Below, piece by piece: positions 58,208 through 64,000 of a stretch of 64,000 nt of DNA. This stretch comes from an uncultured Actinomycetota bacterium (GTDB lineage Bacteria > Actinomycetota > Acidimicrobiia > Spongiisociales > UBA4744): the NCBI GenBank assembly GCA_963723165.1, contig CAVRPP010000013.1:25103-89102 (forward strand), read 5' to 3'. The position numbers and the translations under genes are program-made. Within the stretch, counting starts at the first letter, position 1; each line of letters starts with the position of its first letter. The notes below the pieces were generated by a model. That model had not been told where the DNA came from. It did not search any database and saw only the letters and a list, made by a program, of their open reading frames with translations.

Positions 58208-59518
58208 ATGACGTATTCCTGTACTGCGTGCGGCTACCGATCTGCCAAGTGGATGGGGTTCTGTCCACAGTGCCGGGTTTCCGAAGCCCTGGTTCAGACC
58301 GCGGAACCCTCCGCCCGGGCGTCGCGCACCGCGCCCGATCCGATTCCTCTTGCAAAAGCCGGAGGAGCCACCGTGGCCCGTGTGGCCGCCGGTATAGGGG
58401 AGATTGACCGGGTCCTGGGAGGCGGGTTTGTTCCAGGGGCGGTTGTTCTTTTGGGCGGTGAACCGGGAGTAGGCAAGTCGACGCTCGTATTACAGGTGGC
58501 CGGGGCCCTGGCGGAGGGCGGCTCGAGGGTTCTCATCGCCACTGCCGAGGAGTCTGCCGAGCAAGTTGGTCTGCGGTCCGAGCGACTGGCGATCGACGCA
58601 GACGAGGTCTTCCTCGTCGCCGAGGCATCTATCGACGACATCCTCGGCGCAGCCCAGAAGATGAAGCCGGACCTCTTGGTGATCGACTCAATCCAGACCG
58701 TGATGGCTCCGGAAGTCGGCAGCGCCCCCGGCTCGGTCACCCAGGTGCGCGAGTGCGCCGCCCGGGTGATGCGTTTCGCCAAGGAATCAGGTACGGCTGC
58801 GATTCTCGTCGGCCACGTAACCAAAGACGGGGGAATTGCCGGGCCCAAGACGCTCGAGCATATGGTCGATGTGGTGCTGTACCTCGAGGGCGAGAGCGAG
58901 TCCGGGCTGCGCGGCTTGCGCAGCCTCAAGAATCGGTTCGGAGCCACTCACCTGATGGGTTTCTTCGAAATGGCCAGCCAGGGACTGCGAGAAGTGGAGG
59001 ACCCGTCGGCCGCCTTCCTTGCCGATTGGCGCGGGGCCGTGCCCGGGACTCTGGCTTTCCCAACCGTGGAAGGCCGCCGCCCGGTATTGATCGAGGTGCA
59101 AGCGCTGGCCTCGCCTACCACGTTGCCGCAGCCACGCCGGAGCGTACGAGGGGTCGAGGCCTCACGTGTTCACCAGATGCTGGCAATCCTGGAGCGGCAC
59201 GCAAAGCTCTCATTCTCCGACCAGGAGGTGTACGTCAACGTGGTCGGTGGCCTCAAGCTGACGGAGCCTGCGACAGACCTCCCGGTCGCGCTGGCCCTCG
59301 CCTCCTCGCGCCTCGACCGACCGCTCGGCCCGTTGGCCGCCTGGGGCGAAGTTGGGCTGACCGGGGAACTGCGGGCCGTCGCTCACGAAACGCGCCGGAT
59401 CGAGGAGGCCGCCCGGTTGGGGATTCCCACGTCCGTTGCCCCGCGCAAGGGGAGCCGGCTGGGTATCTGTGAGGCGCTCGACCTGGCTCTGCCGGGGTGG
59501 CGAGCACAGCTCGGGTAG
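58208..59518 (+). CDS. radA: DNA repair protein RadA/Sms
   Basis: C..CG...KW.G.CP.C, GGEPGVGKSTL, IDSIQT, GHVTK, KNRFG. Confidence 0.96.
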   Translation: MTYSCTACGYRSAKWMGFCPQCRVSEALVQTAEPSARASRTAPDPIPLAKAGGATVARVAAGIGEIDRVLGGGFVPGAVVLLGGEPGVGKSTLVLQVAGALAEGGSRVLIATAEESAEQVGLRSERLAIDADEVFLVAEASIDDILGAAQKMKPDLLVIDSIQTVMAPEVGSAPGSVTQVRECAARVMRFAKESGTAAILVGHVTKDGGIAGPKTLEHMVDVVLYLEGESESGLRGLRSLKNRFGATHLMGFFEMASQGLREVEDPSAAFLADWRGAVPGTLAFPTVEGRRPVLIEVQALASPTTLPQPRRSVRGVEASRVHQMLAILERHAKLSFSDQEVYVNVVGGLKLTEPATDLPVALALASSRLDRPLGPLAAWGEVGLTGELRAVAHETRRIEEAARLGIPTSVAPRKGSRLGICEALDLALPGWRAQLG

Positions 59519-59716
59519 CCGGGTCCGACCCGGTGGTTGGCTGGTCCTTCGTCCGCTTTCGCACGCAGATGTGCCCGGGTAGCGGGTGCCGCTCTGGCCC
59601 CTCCGGTCGGCCGTTTCACCGGCATCTGGCGCCGCCGGGTCCAGGTGACCTCCGCCGCGTGGATGAACGATGTGCGAGCAACGATGAACGGCTTTCGACC
59701 AACTATGATCGTCCCG

Positions 59717-60787
59717 ATGGCATCGATATCTTCCGGACTTCTTGACATCCTGCAACGGTTGGCTCCCGGCACGCCTTTGCGCGACGCTCTGGGCAGGATC
59801 ATTCAACACCGCAACGGGGCTCTGATCGTGCTCGGGTTTGGTCCTGAGGTTGCGAATTTGTGCAGCGGTGGTTTTGAGCTCGCCGACTCTGACTTCACAC
59901 CTGCCCGGCTGGCCGAGCTCGCCAAGATGGATGGAGCAATCGTTCTCGATCATCCCTGGCAGGAGATTCTCCGGGCCAATGTGCACTTGCTGCCCGACCC
60001 GGCGGTGACGACTCAGGAGACTGGAGCTCGCTACCGGACGGCCGAGCGGGTGGCCCGCCAGACGGGTGTGCCGGTGGTCGCGGTCAGTGAGGACCGGAGG
60101 GTTGCGACTCTGTTTCTGGGAGGGGAGAAGCACGAACTCCAGAGTCCGGCGGTGCTTGCCGCCGAGGTCAATCAGGAACTGCTAACCCTCGAACGGTTCC
60201 GCCGCCGGCTCGAGGAGGCAGAGGAACGCCTCACCCGCGAAGAGGTGGCCGATCTCATGACCTTCCGGGCAGTGGTACAGGTGGTACAGCGGGCCGAGCT
60301 CGTGCGCCGGATCGGCCAGGACATCGAAAAAGATGCCATCGGTCTCGGCGGCGAGGGCGGTCTCATTAGCCTGCAACTGGCTGATCTGCTCTACGGCACT
60401 ACCGATCTGCGGAACCTGGTTATTCGCGACTATGTTCGCCCGGTCACCGCCAAGAGGCTGGGCCAGGCTCTTGCCCGGCTGGAAGCTCTCCCGACCTCCG
60501 ACCTGAGCGACCCGGACGGCGTCGCCGCGGCCCTCGGATTCGATCATCCCGACAGCCACACCCGGCCGCTCGGAGTGCGGCTCCTCTCGCAGGTGCCCCG
60601 GCTCCCGACTGCGGTTCGAGATGAGATCGTCAAACACTTCAAGGATTTTCAGAAGATGCTGAACGCTTCGGTCGACGAACTCGACGAAGTCGCCGGGGTT
60701 GGCAGGACCCGGGCCGCACAACTGCGGCTCCTCTTCGACCGGATGCTCGAAACGACCCGGGCCTGGGATCACTCCGTCGAGCTCTGA
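59717..60787 (+). CDS. disA: DNA integrity scanning diadenylate cyclase
   Basis: APGTPLR, ELAKMDGA, ETGARYRTAER, C-terminal HhH (ELDEVAGVG..RA); follows radA; start may be 59705. Confidence 0.9.
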   Translation: MASISSGLLDILQRLAPGTPLRDALGRIIQHRNGALIVLGFGPEVANLCSGGFELADSDFTPARLAELAKMDGAIVLDHPWQEILRANVHLLPDPAVTTQETGARYRTAERVARQTGVPVVAVSEDRRVATLFLGGEKHELQSPAVLAAEVNQELLTLERFRRRLEEAEERLTREEVADLMTFRAVVQVVQRAELVRRIGQDIEKDAIGLGGEGGLISLQLADLLYGTTDLRNLVIRDYVRPVTAKRLGQALARLEALPTSDLSDPDGVAAALGFDHPDSHTRPLGVRLLSQVPRLPTAVRDEIVKHFKDFQKMLNASVDELDEVAGVGRTRAAQLRLLFDRMLETTRAWDHSVEL

Positions 60788-60938
60788 GCGTCGCGCTGCC
60801 CCGTAGCCAGTCAAAGGTCCCCCCACGGTGAAGCCGGCTAGGGCTACCCGGACCGGGGAACGAGCGCTTTGCCCCACCGGTACTCCTCAGTAGCTCCGGG
60901 GCGTTACTATATGGCGCCCGACGTCGACGCAGGGATCT

Positions 60939-61985
60939 ATGGCGACCAAGAAGACCACAACGAAAACCAAGGCCGCGCCTGTTAAGAAGACGGCTGCTGC
61001 TGCGAAGAAGCCCGCTGCGGCTGCCAAGGCGGCGCCTGTTAAGAAGACGGCTGCTGCTGCGAAGAAGCCCGCTGCGGCTGCCAAGGCGGCGCCTGTTAAG
61101 AAGACGGCTGCTGCTGCGAAGAAGCCCGCTGCGGCTGCCAAGGCGGCGCCTGTTAAGAAGACGGCTGCTGCTGCGAAGAAGCCCGCTGCGGCTGCCAAGG
61201 CGGCGCCTGTTAAGAAGACGGCTGCTGCTGCGAAGAAGCCCGCTGCGGCCACCAAGGCGGCGGCCAAGAAACCGGCTGCCCGGAAAGCAACGACGGCCGC
61301 CAAGACTGCAGCCAAACCGGCAGCCCGGAAAACTGCTGCGGTTGCGAAGAAGCCGGCCGCGGCAAAGACGGTCAAGGCCAAGCAAGCAACCGCCGCGAAG
61401 CCTGCTGCTACCCGCAAGGCGCCTGCTAAGAAGGGGGCCGTCCCGGAGCCGGCGGCACCCACGAAGTCGCGGGCCAGGAAACCTCCTGCGTTCTCGATCG
61501 GTGACAAGGTGGTCCATCCGCACCATGGGGCGGCGATCATCGTCAAGAAGGTCAAGCAGACTGTGGCAGGGAATCGGCAAGACTATTTCAAGCTGGAGAT
61601 CGCCACTGATCAGCTGACGGTGTTGTTGCCGATCTCCAATATCGAGGAGACCATCCGGCCGGTCATCAGCAAGAACCAGGCTCGCAAAGTATTCGCCTTG
61701 TTCAAAGAACAGCCCCAGGAGGCCGGCAGCAACTGGAGCCGCTGGTACAAAGTCCTGAACGAGAAAATGACGTCCGGTGACATCTATCAGGTGGCCGAGG
61801 TTGTGCGCGACCTGACCTATTCCCAACAAACGAAGGGGATATCGCCTGCCTTGAAGAGGATGCTCTCCAAAGCCCGGCTGACGCTGACCAGCGAACTGCG
61901 ATTCGCTCTGAACGTGGACGAGGAAGAGGCAACCAGGAAACTGGACCGGGCCCTCCCCAAGGTGGAAACTCCCGACGAGGGCTGA
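60939..61985 (+). CDS. carD: CarD-family transcription factor with a long Lys/Ala/Pro-rich N-terminal extension
   Basis: FSIGDKVVHPHHGAA, NWSRWYK, SGDI..VAEVVRDL in the C-half; about 185 aa low-complexity basic N-half. Confidence 0.88.
   Translation: MATKKTTTKTKAAPVKKTAAAAKKPAAAAKAAPVKKTAAAAKKPAAAAKAAPVKKTAAAAKKPAAAAKAAPVKKTAAAAKKPAAAAKAAPVKKTAAAAKKPAAATKAAAKKPAARKATTAAKTAAKPAARKTAAVAKKPAAAKTVKAKQATAAKPAATRKAPAKKGAVPEPAAPTKSRARKPPAFSIGDKVVHPHHGAAIIVKKVKQTVAGNRQDYFKLEIATDQLTVLLPISNIEETIRPVISKNQARKVFALFKEQPQEAGSNWSRWYKVLNEKMTSGDIYQVAEVVRDLTYSQQTKGISPALKRMLSKARLTLTSELRFALNVDEEEATRKLDRALPKVETPDEG
60975..61259 (+). repeat. Five tandem 57-bp coding repeats (APVKKTAAAAKKPAAAAKA)
   Basis: Units start at 60975, 61032, 61089, 61146, 61203; first four identical, fifth differs near its end. 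Confidence 0.95.
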
Positions 61986-62051
61986 GGTTCCGCAGCGGGT
62001 GGAAGCAGCTTGCTCCTCGGGATTCGACCCGTACGGGGCTAACCTCGCCCT

Positions 62052-63101
62052 GTGATTGTCGAAGCCGTCCGACTGCTCATCACGCTGGCCCTGACAGCTT
62101 TGGGGTTCCAGCTTGGTTCGAATGTCGACGTACCCAACCAGGACACAGCTCCGGTTCTCGGTGCCGTGCTCGGCGCCGGCGTCGGGTATGTGCTGGGTGG
62201 TGTGCTGGGTCGGGGGTTTCGCAAGAGCCTGGACATCGTGCCGGATCGCGTCGCCGAGCGGTCGTCGGGACCAGAACTGTTTGCCGGTGCGTTCGGGATG
62301 GTGGTTGGGCTCATCGTAGGAGTCGTCCTCGGAGTACCGATTGTCTTCTTCATGCCGGCGGCTGTGGCGTGGCCGCTTGCTTCGTTGGTCGTTCTGATCG
62401 CCGCCAGTCTGGGTACGCGCCTGTTTGCCTCGCGTACCGACGATCTATTGGCCGTGACCGGCTTGCGACGGCGTGGAACGCTCGTGAGTCGAAGTCTGGA
62501 CCATCCAGAGCGGGCCTTTCTGATGGATTCTTCGGCCGCCATCGACGGCCGGGTCCTCGAAATGTCCCGCCTCGGACTCCTTCCCGGTCGTCTGTGGGTT
62601 CCGGAGTTCGTCCTCGACGAGATGCAAGGCCTCGCCGACGCGGTCGACAAGACCCGCCGCCGGCGCGGCCGTCGGGGACTCGAGGTCATCGAAGCGATGC
62701 GAGGGTCCGAGGTCTCGCAGATCTACATCCTCGAGGAAACGGTACCGGAATTCGAAGATGTGGACGCCAAGCTCCTGGCGCTGGCAATGCGCGCCGAAGC
62801 CACCCTCATCACGACAGATCACAACCTGGCGAAAGCCGCCGGGGCTCGCGGCATCGGGGTACTGAACCCTCATTCGCTGGCCGAATCGCTCAAACCGGCC
62901 GTCGCGGTTGGAGACCGACTGACGGTCGATGTCAGCAAACCCGGCTCCGAACCCGGTCAAGGAGTGGGCTACCTCGACGACGGCACAATGATCGTTGTGG
63001 AACGGGGAGCCGATCTGATAGGGACCGAACTCGAGGTCGAGATCGTCAGTGTGACCCGAACCTCTATCGGGCGCATGCTGTTTGCCCGTCCGATGGCATG
63101 A
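62052..63101 (+). CDS. Membrane PIN/TRAM domain protein (YacL-like)
   Basis: Four TM helices, DSSAAIDGR, FVLDEMQ..AD, RGRRGL, TTDHNL, QGVGYLDDGTMIVVE. Confidence 0.92.
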   Translation: MIVEAVRLLITLALTALGFQLGSNVDVPNQDTAPVLGAVLGAGVGYVLGGVLGRGFRKSLDIVPDRVAERSSGPELFAGAFGMVVGLIVGVVLGVPIVFFMPAAVAWPLASLVVLIAASLGTRLFASRTDDLLAVTGLRRRGTLVSRSLDHPERAFLMDSSAAIDGRVLEMSRLGLLPGRLWVPEFVLDEMQGLADAVDKTRRRRGRRGLEVIEAMRGSEVSQIYILEETVPEFEDVDAKLLALAMRAEATLITTDHNLAKAAGARGIGVLNPHSLAESLKPAVAVGDRLTVDVSKPGSEPGQGVGYLDDGTMIVVERGADLIGTELEVEIVSVTRTSIGRMLFARPMA

Positions 63102-63706
63102 CCGCCTGGGGCATCGTGGTGGCGGCGGGGACCGGGAGCCGGTTTGGCAGCCCCAAACAAGAATTGGAACTTCAGGGTCGGCCTCTCTGGGAATGGGGGC
63201 GCAGGTCCCTGCTCAAAGGTGGCGTGACTGAGGTGGTCATCGTCGGCACCGTCCCCGGAGGGATCCCGGGCGGCAAACGGCGGCGTGACTCGGTCGCGGC
63301 TGGTCTGGCCGCGATCCCCAAAGATGTCGCAACGGTCGTCATCCACGATGCAGCCCGTCCTATGGCCGGTCCGGACCTCGTGCGCAGGGTGCTTCAGCGT
63401 TTGGCCGTCGGAGATGTGGCGGGCGTTGTGCCGGGAGTCCCGGTGCGGGACACCCTGAAACAGGTTGAGGATGATCGGGTGGTAGCGACTCTCGATCGTG
63501 ATTCCCTCATCAGTGTGCAAACCCCGCAGGCGTTCCTGGCGGCCGTGCTGCGCAAGGCTCATGCCGCCGACGACGAGGACGCCTCGGACGATGCCGGGCT
63601 TGTGGAACGGGCAGGCGAAGCTGTGGCATGGGTGGCCGGTGAGCCCGGCAATCTCAAGGTGACCTATCCGGCAGATCTGCAGCTTCTCGAGGCGCTGTTC
63701 CGATGA
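63098..63706 (+). CDS. ispD: 2-C-methyl-D-erythritol 4-phosphate cytidylyltransferase
   Basis: AAGTGSRFG..KQ, GG.RRDSV, IHDAARP, VQTPQAF, NLKVTYPADL. Confidence 0.93.
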   Translation: MTAWGIVVAAGTGSRFGSPKQELELQGRPLWEWGRRSLLKGGVTEVVIVGTVPGGIPGGKRRRDSVAAGLAAIPKDVATVVIHDAARPMAGPDLVRRVLQRLAVGDVAGVVPGVPVRDTLKQVEDDRVVATLDRDSLISVQTPQAFLAAVLRKAHAADDEDASDDAGLVERAGEAVAWVAGEPGNLKVTYPADLQLLEALFR

Positions 63707-64000
63707 GGGTCGGCTGGGGCTTCGATGCACACCGATTCGGCGGTGACCCTCCTGTTGTTCTGGCGGGAGTCACGGCCGATCAAACCCGCGGATTACTGGG
63801 GACATCCGATGCGGATGTGGTCGCCCATGCCGTCGCGGACGCGCTGTTGGGAGCTGCAGCGCTCGGCGATCTGGGAGAGTTCTTTCCGTCGTCGGATCCG
63901 CAGTGGCAGGGCGCCGACAGTATGGGGTTACTGCGTATCGTCACGGATCGTTTTCACGACGAAGGGTTGCGGGTGGAGCACCTCGACGTCACTCTGATCT
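63703..64000 (+). CDS. ispF: 2-C-methyl-D-erythritol 2,4-cyclodiphosphate synthase (3' truncated by window edge)
   Basis: ATG at 63703 reads MRVGWGFDAHRF...SDADVVAHAVADALLGAAALGDLGEFFP. Confidence 0.92.
   Translation, partial: MRVGWGFDAHRFGGDPPVVLAGVTADQTRGLLGTSDADVVAHAVADALLGAAALGDLGEFFPSSDPQWQGADSMGLLRIVTDRFHDEGLRVEHLDVTLI

Noticed and set aside
59537-59704. Extended N-terminus of DisA
   Set aside because: Not DisA-like; family similarity begins near the ATGs at 59705/59717.
60975-61259. Tandem repeat considered as a CRISPR array
   Set aside because: No unique spacers, period is a multiple of three within a CDS, and no cas genes in the window.
60639-61829. Minus-strand repetitive ORFs (RRLGSRSGLL and AAAGFF repeats)
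   Set aside because: Antisense readings of the carD coding repeat.
62052-63101. PIN-domain protein as a TA toxin
   Set aside because: Membrane PIN/TRAM architecture in the conserved radA-disA-carD-ispDF context indicates the housekeeping YacL-like family.

Overview
High-GC actinobacterial chromosome segment, with gene order and protein style most consistent with Acidimicrobiia (inference, no search run). It is mostly a conserved core backbone: leuC/leuD; HAD-Ssd-like-CpaF-TadB-TadC-Flp-TadE pilus locus; DUF1998 helicase; hppA; topA; tmk-holB-tRNA-Thr; SigH/SigR-RshA; tilS-hpt-ftsH-fol-pan-coaX-lysS; clpC; nucleoside ABC transporter; radA-disA-carD-PIN/TRAM-ispD-ispF. Accessory or unusual items seen directly: (1) a 2.1-kb integrase-less ECF sigma/membrane sensor cassette bracketed by an exact 63-bp repeat made of the 5' half of tRNA-Thr plus its leader; (2) a complete IS481 with a 6-bp target duplication; (3) an IS110 C-terminal remnant that keeps a structured non-coding end (candidate bridge/seek RNA); (4) a RES/Xre-type toxin-antitoxin pair after the Tad genes; (5) CarD with a histone-H1-like N-terminus containing five 57-bp repeats; (6) a probable CTG start for the SigH/SigR homologue; (7) modular hairpin-plus-heptamer intergenic repeats. 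topA and tilS each carry a single-base indel in an A-run, probably sequencing errors. All product calls come from motif recognition and synteny only.
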